64,000 nt of DNA, from assembly GCA_030390025.1 (NCBI GenBank), contig CM059430.1, positions 99,758,001 to 99,822,000 on the forward strand, given 5' to 3'. This document shows positions 23,272 to 35,400 of the stretch, piece after piece (position 1 is the first letter of the stretch; each line of letters opens with the position of its first letter). Under the pieces are notes generated by a model, which was given only the letters and a program-made list of their open reading frames with translations, was not told where the DNA came from and searched no databases. The stretch comes from Squalus acanthias. Its lineage: Eukaryota. Position numbers and translations under genes: made by a program.

Positions 23272-23854
23272 GTCACTAGTGGTGCAAGGCCACCCCTTCC
23301 AGAAAACATTGCTGCCAGTTCCAAACCACATATTTGCAGCATTGGCAGCATTACGCTGCGTAGCTGATGTTGGTCGTGTGGCTGATATTGAGCGTGCAGT
23401 CCAGCTGAGATAATAGAAACTCACAGCATCCACTAAGTGCTGGAATGCTCAGTAGTGAGGTAACTGCAGCAATAATAGGTGATACAGATATACAGGGTAT
23501 TGGATGGATGGATTTGAAAAGGTCAGGGTGGTGTTGGAGTCTAGGAAATTCTATCATTAAACCAAGAAGGTAGCAGTGAATGACATTCCATATCTGTGGT
23601 AAGGATCTTATTGGTAAGTGATGTGCTGTACAGATATTCTCAGCCTTGTAATTACTGAAGTACGAAGGCAGCACACTGCTATGCTGCGGTGTCATGATCT
23701 TTCAGCATTTCATGGAAGATTGTACTCCAGACTGGTAATTGTAGGCTTGCTGGAGGTGTGTAAGTCCAAATAGGTCAAAAGAAAACTGTACAATGCTTAG
23801 AGAATGGTTTCAGCACGACTTAGCAGAATAGGTTAACAAGCCCACCACAGTAAC

Positions 23855-24062
23855 CTCGACTGGAAAGTGTGCGTGCGTGGATTAGGCTCAGCTGTGATGC
23901 CCCCCCCACCCAACTTCCCCCGGGCTTTGAACAGCCTGCCGACTCTCACTGTCAAAGGCTTATAGATAAAGAATAGCTACTTGTATGAGGTTATAGAGTG
24001 GCTATGAAAATGTGAACCAGTGAGAGGCAGCGCCTTTAGAAGAAGAATGGAGAAAATTGGTA
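23855..24062 (+). mobile_element. Third SINE family (tentatively AmnSINE2-like), 3' part
   Basis: CTGGAAAGTGTGCG..GGCTCAGCTGTGATGCCC..AGCCTGCCGACTCTCACTGTC..GGAGAAAATTGG; related segments at 27432-27625, 29380-29705, 57985-58205 and 62990-63200. Confidence 0.5.
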
Positions 24063-25360
24063 AAATGAAAACCACTTTTGTAACGTTACACATCATGCGT
24101 ATTTGAATGTTAGGCGGGATGGCTAGCGCGAGAGTTGGCATTTCTGAGGTACACACTTTGCAAGCAGACTGTCCCTTGTCTGAACTTTTAAGAGTTAAGC
24201 TCTTGATTGTGAAATGTGCTTGATTCAGCCTTCATATAATGGACAAAAATGTAATAAGCTAGTATGTCATCAATTGAACATCACCTGCTACCTCAGTACA
24301 TCAGAAATGTCACAATGTGCAGTGGGGATTGCTCACAAGGGATTAGGGTCGGAGCTGGTTGTATTGTCAGGGCAAAGCTAAGACCTGCTGATTTGCATCA
24401 TACTTGATCAAAGCAGATTTGTACTGATATGAGACAGAAAGTATTATACTTTGAATCACTGTCAAACCATACATTCTGGTCACCAAAATGAATGAATAAA
24501 AATAGTAATGTAATACTTACCTACTCAAATGCTGTTTAATTTTATCATGTCAGAGTCAATTTCTGGGAGCATGTTTCACAGAGGTTTGCATTCTAACTTG
24601 TGTCACAAGTCTTATTATTATAAATCTTTTTTGTACATTGTGTTAACTCCCTCTTTCGTATATGTTTCAATCCTTTGTTCCAATCTCAGATTTTAATTTC
24701 TGCATTCCAATGCCTCTTCCAGTAATCTAATTTCATATCAGTCTTTGGATTTGATTTTGGATTTATGAGTTTTTTAGGCTGGATATTTTTATATGAAAAG
24801 ATTACAAAGCAGTGGAAATCAAATCCCTTGACTTTAACCCTTTTGACTACTGAACAGCATTGACTATTCAAAAATACCCTGCACAGTTACAGCGCTGATG
24901 GAAAGCAGGAGCGACAACAAATGCTAGCCACTCAAACTCTTTCAAACAGCACTGTAGGTTTAAGTACATTCAAAATCCTACCCTTTCCAAGCCCAGTGGC
25001 TTCAGTGAAGCTGTGGGGCACGGAATAATGGAAAGCCCGTTTCCTAGAGGCATGCTTAAACAAAATAGTCAGATCTGCTTGATAGCATTTTCATTCAAAG
25101 TGCGAGTTTGAAATAAGTGCTAGTTACTGGAATGTATTTTCTTAAACTGTTTTGAAATTCTTTACAGTCACCTGACTCAACGGAAAGTAACCAGAGAGTA
25201 CAAGTTAAAACGCTTGAAGTTATCGTTCAAACTCTCAATGCATTCACATCAAATTCCTCTCCACTATTTTAACTGAGGCATCAACACATTTATTTTAACT
25301 GTTTGTACGATAACACCAACAGTAATTTCTGCCCAAAGATCACATGGATCTTGGCGCCAA

Positions 25361-27428
25361 TTTTTTTTTTATTCGTTCATGGGATGTGGGTGTCGCTGGC
25401 AAGGCCAGTATTTATTGCCCATCCCTAATTGCCCTTGAGAAGGTGGTGGTGAGCCGCCTTCTTGAACCGCTGCAGTCCTTGTGGTGAAGGTACTCCCACA
25501 GTGCTGTTAGGGAGGGATCTCCAGGATTTTGACCCAGCGACGATGAAGGAACGGCGATATATTTCCAAGTCAGGATGGTGTGTGACTTGGAAGGGAACTT
25601 GCAGGTGATGGTGTTCCCGTGTGTCTGCTGCCCTTGTCCTTCTAGGAGGTAGAGGTTGTGGGTTTGGGAGGTACTGCCGAAGAAGCCTTGGCGAGTTGCT
25701 GCAGTGCATCTTGTAGATGGTACACACTGCAGTCACGGTACGCCGATGGTGGAGGGAGTGAATGTTTAAGGTGGTGGATGGGGTGCCAATCAAGTGGGCT
25801 GCTTTGTTCTGGATGGTGTTGAGCTTCTTGAGTGTTGTTGGAGCTGCACTCATCCAGACAAGTGGAGAGTATTCCATCACACTCCTGACTTGTGCCTTGT
25901 AGATGGTGGAAAGGCTTTGGGGAGTCAGGAGGTGAGACACTCGCAGCAGAATACCCTGCCTCTGACCTGCTCTTGTTGCCACAGTATTTATGTGGCTGGT
26001 CCAGTTAAGTTTCTGGTCAATGGTGGCCCCCAGGATGTTGATGGTGGAGGATTCGGCAATGGTAATGCCATTGAATGTCAAAGGGCAGTGGTTAGACTCT
26101 CACTTGTTGGAGATAGTCATTGCCTGGCACTTGTGTGGTGCAAATGTTACTTGCCACTTAACAGTCTAAGCCTGAATGTCATCCAGGTCTTGCTGCATGT
26201 GGGCATGGACTGCTTCGTTATCTGAGGAGTTGTGAATGGAACTGAACACTGTGCAATCATCAGCGAACATCCCCACTTCTGACCTTATGATGGAGGGAAG
26301 GTGATTGATGAAGCAGCTGAAAATGGTTGAGCCTAGGGCACTGCCCTGAGGAACTCCTGCAGCGATGTCCTGGGGCTGAGATGATTGGCCCCCAACAGCT
26401 ACAACCATCTTCCTTTGTGCTAGGTATGACTCCAGCCAGTGGAGTGTTTTCCCCCTGATTCCCATTGACTCCAATTTTACTAGGGCTCCTTGATGCCACA
26501 CTCGGTCAAATGCTGCCTTGATGTCAAGGGCAGTCATTCTCACCTCACCTCTGGAATTCAGCTCTTTTGTCCATGTTTGCACCAAGGCTGTAATGAGGTC
26601 TGGAGCCGAGTGGTCCTAGCAGAACACAAACTGAGTATTGGTGAGCAGGTTATTGGTGAGTAAGTGCCACTTGATAGCACTGTCGACGACACCTTCCATC
26701 ACTTTGCTGATGATTGAGAGTAGACTGATGGAGCGGTAATTGGCCGGATTGGATTTGTCCTGGACATACCTGGGCAGTTTTCCACATTGTCGGGTAGATG
26801 CCAGTGTTGTAGCTGTACTGGAACAGCTTGGCTAGCGGTGCGGCTAGTTTTGGAGCACAAGTCTTCAGCACGACAGCCGGGATGTTGTCAGGGCCCATAG
26901 CTTTTGCTGTATCAAGTGCACTCAGCCGTTTCTTGATATCACGTGGAGTGAATCGAATTGGCTGAAGACTGGCTTCTGTGATGATGGGGACCTCAGGGGG
27001 AGACCGATATGGATCATCCACTCGGCACTACTGGCTGAAGATGGTTGCAAACACTTCAGCCTTGTCTTTTGCATTCGCGTGCTGGGCTCCATCATCATTG
27101 AGGATGGGGATATTCATGGAGCCTCCCCCTCCCGTTGGTCGTTTAATTGTCCACCACCATTCATGACTGGATGTGGCAGGACTGCAGAGCTTTGATCTGA
27201 TCCATTGATTGTAGGATCGCTTAGCTCTGACTATAGCATGCTGCTTCTGCTTTTTAGCATGCATGTAGTCCTGTGTTGCAGCTTCCCCAGGTTGGCACCT
27301 TATTTTTAGGTACACATGGTGCTGCTCCTGGCATGCTCTTCTACATCCTTATTGAACCAAGGCTGGTCCCCTGGCTTGATGGTAATGGTAGAGTGAGGGA
27401 TATGCCGGGCCATGAGGTTACAGATTGT
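25361..27428 (-). mobile_element. 5'-truncated CR1-clade LINE (~2.1 kb) with frameshifted reverse transcriptase ORF2 and A-rich tail
   Basis: Minus-strand ORF pieces: KAMGPDNIPAVVLK, ALDIKAAFDRVWH, GVPQGSALG..FINHLP..MFADD, ILGATIDQKLNWTSHI, IYKAQVRSVMEY; T10 at 25361-25370. Confidence 0.95.
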
Positions 27429-27431
27429 TAA

Positions 27432-27625
27432 GTTCACTCCTGTCCTCACCGATATCTACACGTGCTTACTTCCAGTAGGGAATCGCTGGATAGCAGTCAG
27501 GAGCAGGAACCGTGGCCAATTTTATTCCCTTCCTAACCTTAAGGGTTATGGGGAAATTGCAATACCCCTACTGCTGCCCTGGATCAGCTAACTCAGTACA
27601 TACCAGGGCTCGGACTCAGGGCCTT
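27432..27625 (-). mobile_element. Third SINE family (AmnSINE2-like, tentative), 5'/central part
   Basis: Reverse complement resembles 29380-29560 (TGAGTTAGCTGATCCAGGGCAGCAGTAGGGG..GGTTAGGAAGGG..GGTTCCTGCTCCTGA). Confidence 0.5.
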
Positions 27626-28029
27626 ATTAATGCTGGGTTTCAGAGACTGAATGTTTCTTTCAGCCTTGCAAACCAAGTTTGTCAATCTGGTGGCATGATG
27701 TAATTGCTGAATTTTTGTCATGTGTCTGTCCTTCTTGTCAAGCTGGCCAGGTTATGAGCTACAGATGTGCTGTGGATGAGGCAATAATGGAATGCTGGTA
27801 GTGTTGCTGCTGCTAGAGTTTGGTGTGCATCACCACGAGTGTTGGTTTATCCATCAGCGTCTGCACCATAAACACAGAGACCTCAAAGTACAGGTGCACT
27901 TAATGCCTTTGCATTAAATTCCCCAAACCATTGGTAAAAGATTCTGCTGCCAGCTAAAAAGACGCAAGCAGCATTATTGAAACAACTCCACAAGGTTCCC
28001 CCATTGACTTAGTGGGTATCGGTGTAGTA

Positions 28030-28282
28030 TTGGCGGCCGTGCCTTCAGCCATCTAGGCCCTAAGCTCTGAAATTCCCTCTTTAAACCTCTCCACCTCTCT
28101 CTCCTTTTATGACATGCCTTAAAACCTACCTCTTTGACCAAGCGTTTTGTCAGCTGTCCTAATGTCTCCTTATGGGGCTCAGTGTCAATTGTTGTCTGAT
28201 TACAGTCCTGTGAAGCGCCTTGGGGTGTTTTAATACGTTAAATGTGCTGTAAAAATGCAAGTTTTTGTTGTTTGTTGTTGTT
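28030..28282 (+). mobile_element. L2 LINE 3' end
   Basis: GGCGGCCGTGCCTTCAGCC..CTTAAAACCTACCTCTTTGACCAAGC..GTGAAGCGCCTTGGG..AATGCAAGTT(TTG)n. Confidence 0.85.
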
Positions 28283-28289
28283 CCACATC

Positions 28290-29376
28290 TGGATGCTGCC
28301 CTCAGTGATGCCATCTGCAGGCATGGAGTGAGCTTTCATAAGTAGCTAATGACACCGAGCTCTACTTCACCACCATTTTCTCTTGGTCCTGCTGCACAAC
28401 CAACTCAGTGCTGGCAGACTGTTGTCGGTGCTGACAACCTTCTTCAACTGAACTTTAGGAAGACAGAAGCCATCGTTTTCAGCCCCCCACCACAAACTGC
28501 ACTCATCTGTCACAGATTCCATTCCCTTGCCCGGCCACTCGCTCAGGGTGAACCAGCCTTAATGTCCCATGTGATCCTGCGCTGAGCTTCAAAGCCCACA
28601 TCCTATTAATTACCAAGACTGCTTATTTTCACCTCCGCAACACTGCCTGCTTCTGCCCCCGACTCCACCCCTGCCTCCACCTGAAACCCTCAGCAACCCT
28701 TCCGGTCACCGCTAGACGCAATGACACAGTGCAGTAGTGTAAAATGGGTGATTGCAAATTGGCAGCCCGCTTTACACCTCTCCCCATTCTTTCAAATAAA
28801 AATTGGGAGAGATGTAAAGCGGGTTGCCGATTCGCCATCACCTGTTTTACACTACCGCACAAAGACAACATCTGCCCCCAATTTCTCCAATGTCCTCTGC
28901 AATTTCCCATCGTTCATAAACTGAAACTGGTCCAAAATTCAGCTGTCTGCACCCTGACCTACACTAAATTCTGCTTGCCCAATTTTAAATGCTTGTCCTC
29001 AAATTGTCCCGTGGTCTCGCCCCACCCCACCTCTGCATTCTCCTCCAGCTTTATATCCCTTCCTGCAACTGCTAATCCTCTAATTTGGTCTTTTGCGCAT
29101 CCCCATCCTCTTCACCCCACCATTGGGAACAGAGCCTTCAGTCACCTCAGCTCTCCTCTCTGCATTCCCTCCCTACACCACTCTTCTCTCTGCATCTTTG
29201 TAAATCTTCTAAAAACCCATCTTTTCGCCAAAGCTTTCAATCACCTTTCCTAATCTCCCTCCATTGCTCAATGTCTTCTCCCTGATCTATTCCTATTTTC
29301 TTTCCTCTCCCTCCTCTGTAAAGTTCCTTGGGACATCTATGTTAAAGGTGCTACATAAACCCTTGTTGTTGTTGTT
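28290..29376 (+). mobile_element. Older L2-like LINE fragment interrupted by a palindromic insert
   Basis: Degenerate RT C-terminal region (..LLQLNFRKTEAIVF.., ..LKLVQNSAV.., ..TIGNRAFS..LLKTHLF) and a (TTG)n tail at ~29363-29376. Confidence 0.7.
28729..28860. repeat. 132-bp near-palindrome (foldback MITE core)
   Basis: Arms of ~56 bp: GTGCAGTAGTGTAAAATGGGTGA..CCCGCTTTACACCTCTCCC and GGGAGAGATGTAAAGCGGG..TCACCTGTTTTACACTACCGCAC. Confidence 0.9.
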
Positions 29377-29379
29377 GCT

Positions 29380-29705
29380 AAGCCATACTGACCAGGGTGA
29401 TCCATGGTTCAATCCCTTGCCTGTGCTGAGTCAGGACAGCAGCAGGAACTTCACATTTGGCCTCAGCACCTTGGGGTTAAGGGAGAAGAAAAAGATCAGC
29501 CGGGCTTCCGACTTTGGATCTCTTCAGCAACTCCTGCAGGAAAATGCTCACATACAAATATTGGGTAATGTCCCAACACTCAAATAGCCTGTCTACTACT
29601 CACCATCTAGACTCACATGTGAAGTGATGGATGAAGATGGCCAGTGCCCTTGAAATCATGTATGCCAGCATGAGCCAGTGTCTGAGGGAAGGGGGAAAAA
29701 ATCAA
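29380..29705 (+). mobile_element. Third SINE family (AmnSINE2-like, tentative), diverged near-complete copy
   Basis: B-box-like GGTTCAATCCC, then TTGGCCTCAGCACC..GGGAGAAGAAAAAGATCAGCC..AATAGCCTG..CTCACCATCTAGACTCACA. Confidence 0.5.
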
Positions 29706-29745
29706 GGAAATGCACAATTGTGCATGTACAAGTTTGTACACGTGT

Positions 29746-30270
29746 AAAAGAAAGACTTGCATTTACATAGCACTTCTCATGACTTCATTACAACACATTA
29801 CAACAGCAACTCGACTTCAAAAGTACTTCATTGACTGTAAAGCACTTTGAGACGTCCGGTAGTCGTGAAAGGCGCTATATAAATGCAAGTCTTTCTTTTT
29901 CTTTCTTTCTTTCAGGATGTCCCAAATCGCTTTACAGCCAATGGAGTACTTTTTGAAGTGTAATCACTGTTGTAATGTACGAAGCGTGGCAGCCAATTGG
30001 GGGAACAGCAAGGTGCCACAAACACAATGTGATAATGACCAGATAATGTGTTTTAGTGATGTTGGTTGAGTGATAAATATTGGCCAGGACACCGGGGAGA
30101 ACTCTTCTGCTCTTCTTCAACATAGTGCCATGGGATCTTTTACGGCCACCTAAGAGGGCAGACTGGGGGCCTCGGGTTAACGTCTCATCCAAAATATGGC
30201 ATTTCCGACAGTGTAGCACTCCCTCAGTGCCTCACTGGAGTGTCAGCCTGGAGTTTGTATTCAAGTCCCT
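29746..30270 (-). mobile_element. Deu-domain SINE (minus strand) containing a nested plus-strand SINE tail at 29788-29914
   Basis: The minus copy reads AAAGACTTGCATTT..GACTTCA|..|GGATGTCCCAAA..; the insert is a plus-strand tail ending in (CTTT)n, with TTCA at both junctions. Confidence 0.85.
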
Positions 30271-30764
30271 GTGAAGTGGTGTAGCTTCTGTGGTAACCAC
30301 CCTGCAGTATAAATTGGACCTCTACTGGGACCAAGAACTGGTACTGCAGAAATACTTAAGGAATAATTGCACTATTAGACCCATTACTGCTGCCTTCATT
30401 AGTGACGCAGATGATTAGATAATGTAGTTAGCGGTGCTCAGTTGTAATAAGGGTATAGTGATTAGCTACAAGAAAGGTAAAGCTGGGTCATCTTCGTGAC
30501 AGTTGTTTTTTTAAGGATTTTTGTCCTTTTACGGACAAGAATTCCTCCTTTGTAAAAATACTTATTTTTTGGTTGGAAGTGTGTCCTGAATAACATTACC
30601 AAACCAGGGTCGAATGGCCATGGTTCTGTCATTACACCACACAAGAACACCACAAAACTTGCACCAAACCTCCCAGATCGTTTACTGTCCAAACCTCCAA
30701 AGCAGCTGAAAACAGCATCCTTAATCAAAGGAGGGCAAACATTAAGCTGCATTTTCATCACTGT

Positions 30765-31088
30765 AGGGAGAAATTGTTTCCCGGTAGGAGGGTCGGTAAC
30801 CAGAAGACATAGATTTAAGATAATTGGCAAAAGACCCAGAGGCGAGATGAGGAGAATTTTTTTTTACCCAGTGAGTTGTTATGATCTGGAATGCACTGCC
30901 TGGAAGGGTGGTGGAAGCAGATTCAGTGATAACTTTCAAAAGGGAATTGGATATATACTTGAAAAGGAAACATTTGCAGGGCTATGGGGAAAGGGCAGGG
31001 GAGTGGGATTAATCGGATTGCTCTTTCAAAGAGCCGGCACAGGCACAATGGGCTGAATGGCCTCCTTCTGTGCTTTATGATTTTATGT
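30765..31088 (+). mobile_element. CR1 LINE 3' fragment
   Basis: GGTAACCAGAAGACATAGATTTAAG..ATCTGGAATGCACTGCC..GGGCTGAATGGCCTCCTTCTGTGC..TATGATTTTATG. Confidence 0.85.
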
Positions 31089-32314
31089 GAGAGAAACCCA
31101 ATTTAGCAGCATCACTAAAAGAAAAATAGAACTCAGTGGCATGAGGGAACTCCCCTCAACTGTTGCTTCAACCTAGCAAGGTAATGGCCCAAAATATCAG
31201 CAATGAGGCACACTGTTTAACCCATTAACACAATAACTGTCTTCTCCGGGGGTAAAATGTCATCACACCAAATGGAGTTGCATCAGTACCCTCTCGAGTA
31301 TTAGTCAGAAAAGTTGTATTAAAGAGTAAATTGATCTGATTTATACGTGGCACAGGAAAAAAAATTAGCTGTCACATCGGACAGAATAATACAATAGAGA
31401 ATTTAGAGCGTTTGAGTTCAACTGCAGACAAAGCCTGCTTAGCATTTGTTCATACCGAATCTCTGTGTGCAGTAACAGAATCCCTCGAGACTAATCCAGT
31501 AAATTGTGTCTTTTAAAAAAATCTTTTTTGTTACAACTGACTGCTGGAAATCAGCTATTCGTAATATGATTCAACAGATAAATCAAAGCATAGTTACACC
31601 AGCACCGAATAACTCCCTGCAATAACAGTGCTGCATTTTAAGTTTGAAGAAAAGGAGGGGAAAACACCGAGTACTATACAGCCATCAGTGTTGTCTTTGG
31701 TTTTATTGAGTGTATTGTTATTAGTATCCTATAGGCAAAATTAAGACAATACACTTCAATGTTGTGCCACTGTGCTTTTTGTGTGGTACTCTTAATTCAT
31801 CACCTTTACCATCAACGGCAGTCCTATAGTCACCATTACTTCATCCTAGTGTTAGATAGCCTGGAATGCTCACTCAAGGCACAACCCAGATTGGAAAGGA
31901 CAGAATCTATAATGGTATTGCTGTGTATATTCACAGCAAATGGCCATAATACTGTATGAAAATTTCACACACCAACCATTACACTTTCCTGAAATCCTAT
32001 TGACAACAAATCTGAATGTTTTGCTCCTGTTTAATTAAGATCATTCCCATGAACCAAGTTCATTTTTTTCACTTTCTGACAGTAATTCAGAGCTGATGCT
32101 TACCCTGCCCTCTTCTACAGCCTGGTCAATTATAGCACAAGCCCCCGTGACAGAGTAACACTGAGCTACAGTAGAACCGCTTCTTGCTCTTCAAAACAAA
32201 AGCCACTGAATCAAACTTGTGCAGACTACGAGGAGAAGCTAGCACCAAACACTTGTCCCAGTCACTCTGGAAGTGTGCTGAGAGTAAGCCTGATCCCAAT
32301 GAGTGTTAGAAGTG

Positions 32315-32424
32315 AAAACAGAAAATGCTGGAAATACTCAGCAGGTCAGGCAGCATCTGTGGAGAGAGAAACAGAGTTAACGTTTCAGGTTGATGACCTT
32401 TCGTCAGAACTGGAATTCCAGTTT
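32315..32424 (-). mobile_element. Short Penelope-like retroelement terminal fragment with 11-bp TSD
   Basis: AAAACAGAAAATGCTGGAAATACTCAGCAGGTCAGGCAGCATCTGTGGAGAGAGAAACAG.. (a common shark repeat as I recall it); TGTTAGAAGTG at 32304-32314 and 32425-32435; hammerhead core inside. Confidence 0.75.
32375..32411 (-). ncRNA. Minimal type I hammerhead ribozyme motif (Penelope-type)
   Basis: Minus strand AGTT-CTGACGA-A-AGGT(CATCA)ACCT-GAAAC-GTT-AACT: core CUGANGA/GAAA, stem I AGUU/AACU, stem II AGGU/ACCU, palindromic minimal stem III, GUU cleavage triplet. Confidence 0.7.
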
Positions 32425-35400
32425 TGTTAGAAGTGGTAGTGCTCACATTCTGGTGCATATTATGTATATGTTGGACACACAAGAATAATATGTTATTATT
32501 TTGTCTTCTTTTAAAAATTATTTCCGTCCCCTATTTTGCGACCCCCCACCACTACCACCATTTTGTAAATCATGAGGGTGGGAAAGCAGCCTTTGGTGAT
32601 GCCACTCTGAACCAGTTGCTAGTTGGAGCATGTCAATGGTACAGTCTAATTTTTCACTTCCAAAGTGAAGTATCGTACTTTCATTTAACACCACCTGAAA
32701 TTGCCAACTCGCTTCATGGAGACCCCATGCCCCCAGCATTCTGTAATGCGTTAAAGTGGTGTACACACATGCTAATATAACAAACCATTTTATTCTCCTT
32801 ATATTTTCTTTGAAGCTTTTTGTTCTTATCACAGTGAGTGTTACCAACTTCAGGTTAGTGGTTCGACCTCTGACCCTTTTCTTGTGCCAATTAGACCAGC
32901 TACGCAATCCCAAGAGTAGATTTCTACCAGACAACCTCATGCTGTTTCTCCCATCATCTTATGAAAGCTTATTGGAAGCACCTGAATTGAGAGAATGAAC
33001 TCCCTATTGTCCCAGATAGTTATGGGTAACAATGTTAATCGCTGGCTCATTAACTCTTGGGTGAGCTTATTAATGCACCAATCCCCTCTTTGTCTTAGTG
33101 GCACCAGTCAGTCCAGGTGACAGTAAGGATTTGGAATTTTGCAGATTAAATCTTAAAAACCCTGAATCTCAGTTTATATATTACAGTTTAAACTGAAAAT
33201 CCCTGCTTGATCAAATAACCAATAATCCCTAGCTGTGAGTGAGGATCATCAACTGGGAAAAAAAGAACAATCCAAAGTCAATTATAGCATCAGATGCAGG
33301 GTAAAACTTTTTCTTCTGTGCCATTAATATGCCTTAACCTCCATTGAACCTGTGCAACATTTCCCACTCCTATTTCTCAGTCAAATGGATAACCTAATGC
33401 CAATTTATGAAGAAACGTGCGATATTGGATGGTGAACTGACGAGGAAATGGGTGGAGACTGGCCAGACCTATTTCATATACAACCCAAAAAAGAGAGAAG
33501 AGACCTTGCTTCCATCGGTCTTGGCCGGATTCAGACTGAGCCCCCTGAGGTGAATCATCAATGCTGTCGGCTACTTAGCCACTAGATCTGCCAACAGCTC
33601 TTCGCTTAAAATCACACAATATTCTTGGTTCTGTAGAAAATATTGGAAATTAAATATTCTGTGCAGCTAGGCATTTGCCTTGTTCTAATCAAAATTATAT
33701 ATAAGATATATGTACAGATATATATTATTTATAATACATTATTGGATTAGAGACAGCAAGCAATCAATACTGCGTTTCTATAAAATCAACGAGTTCAATA
33801 TGCTGCAGTAGACAAGTGATCTGGGGACATTGTGGGTTACACCAAATTAACTGTGAAATTTCCAACAGAGTAGCATACAAGGAACATAATTTAGAAACAG
33901 GCTGCTATGACCCACCGTACAACAAAACTAATTGCTTTCAAAGAAACAATGTTTTAAAAAAATGAAAAAAAAACTGCTGTGCTTTTTCCAAGGATGTATT
34001 TAAATGGACAATTATGCTGTGCCTGACTGTTCAGTCAAAGAAGCAGTTCTTACAGCAATATGAAACTGTCAAGCAGAATTAGGGTAATTAATGTAATTAA
34101 TGCTTGTCTTTTGCCCTTTTCACAAGGTGGTTCATGGGCAATTCAATCTTGTCTTAATGGTACAAGTGATTTTGCAAAGCAATAAGGGAAAGAAATGGAT
34201 GAATGGCATAATGTGTGGCTGCATAATGTGCTCTTATGGCATACTTCTCCTTATTCAAAGAACTGCCTGGGCCGGATATCATTAAAAATTGTACATCAAC
34301 GTGTCGCTTAAGGATGTCACATCTATCCCAACTGGACAGGGCCTTTGCTTTAACTAATGTCGGGAATTTGGATCCGTGAGCCAATTTCTTAGTCATTTTT
34401 GTCTCAACCCGGTTTTACAGCAATATTTTATGACAGCTCGGAATTCTCCCTAATGGTTAGCGATCTTATGAATATATGTTTAAAATACTGTGGAAGGACA
34501 AATAAAAGTTAAATCAAAAGGAATGGTGTGTAGCAGCACCTGAGAAGTTGTGATCAAATTGGTGCCATGGGAAGGTATACTTGTCCTACGTTAGATTTAT
34601 ATTTAAATGCATTTAATACATTGTTTAAAGTGGTCACCTCGGTGGCAGTGTTTGGAGCACTGGTTTGTTATACCAGGGAGCAGAATGGTCACAGGATTGT
34701 GACCACTATCTCCCACAAGCTGCGTTCCCTTCCTCAGCCTCGTCACCGTGGGCGGCACCTCCAGCCTCATAGGGAGGTTGGGAGAAAAATCAAGAGCGCA
34801 GCAGCCACAAGGCCCCAAGGTCAGTGGCAAAGTCTGCGGCTGTCCACTTTTTCCCTGCCCAGTTTTCTGGCACCAGGTCCTGCCACATGGTGGGCCTGCA
34901 CACATGGGTCATGGCAGGAAATTCAGAGGCAGCACAGTAAGGGTGTGCTGTTACCGTCCAGCACTGGAGCAGGAGAGCAGGAAAGCCCTTCCTAAAATAT
35001 CTCAAAAAAGGAGTCTTGTCTTCATTAAAAAAAAAATACACATATTTCAGAATAAGTTCGAGAACATACACCAGTGCTCTCCACAGTTCAGTGATCCGGT
35101 AATATATTTAGAGTTTGGATGTGGTCATAGTTTTATGGCGGTTATCCTATTGAGTTACTGTAACATTGTTTGGTTTTCTTTCACTTTTTATAAAATTCCT
35201 TTTTTTCCTTTCACTGTCATTCTTTTCCCCTCTTTTGCCTTTCTCCATCTTTCCTTCCATTTATTTCTCTTTCTCTCAGATGCTAATTTCACTTCCGTTT
35301 GTTTTTCTTTCTATATGTATGCTTTTGACAGTTTGCCTTTTCACTTCCCCGACTGCGTGCAGTCAATCACTTCAGAGAGGTTGAAAACATTCAGGGAAGG

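Noticed and set aside
25361-27428. Active LINE or domesticated RT gene
   Set aside because: 5'-truncated, no endonuclease domain or ORF1, and ORF2 is broken by several frameshifts and stops.
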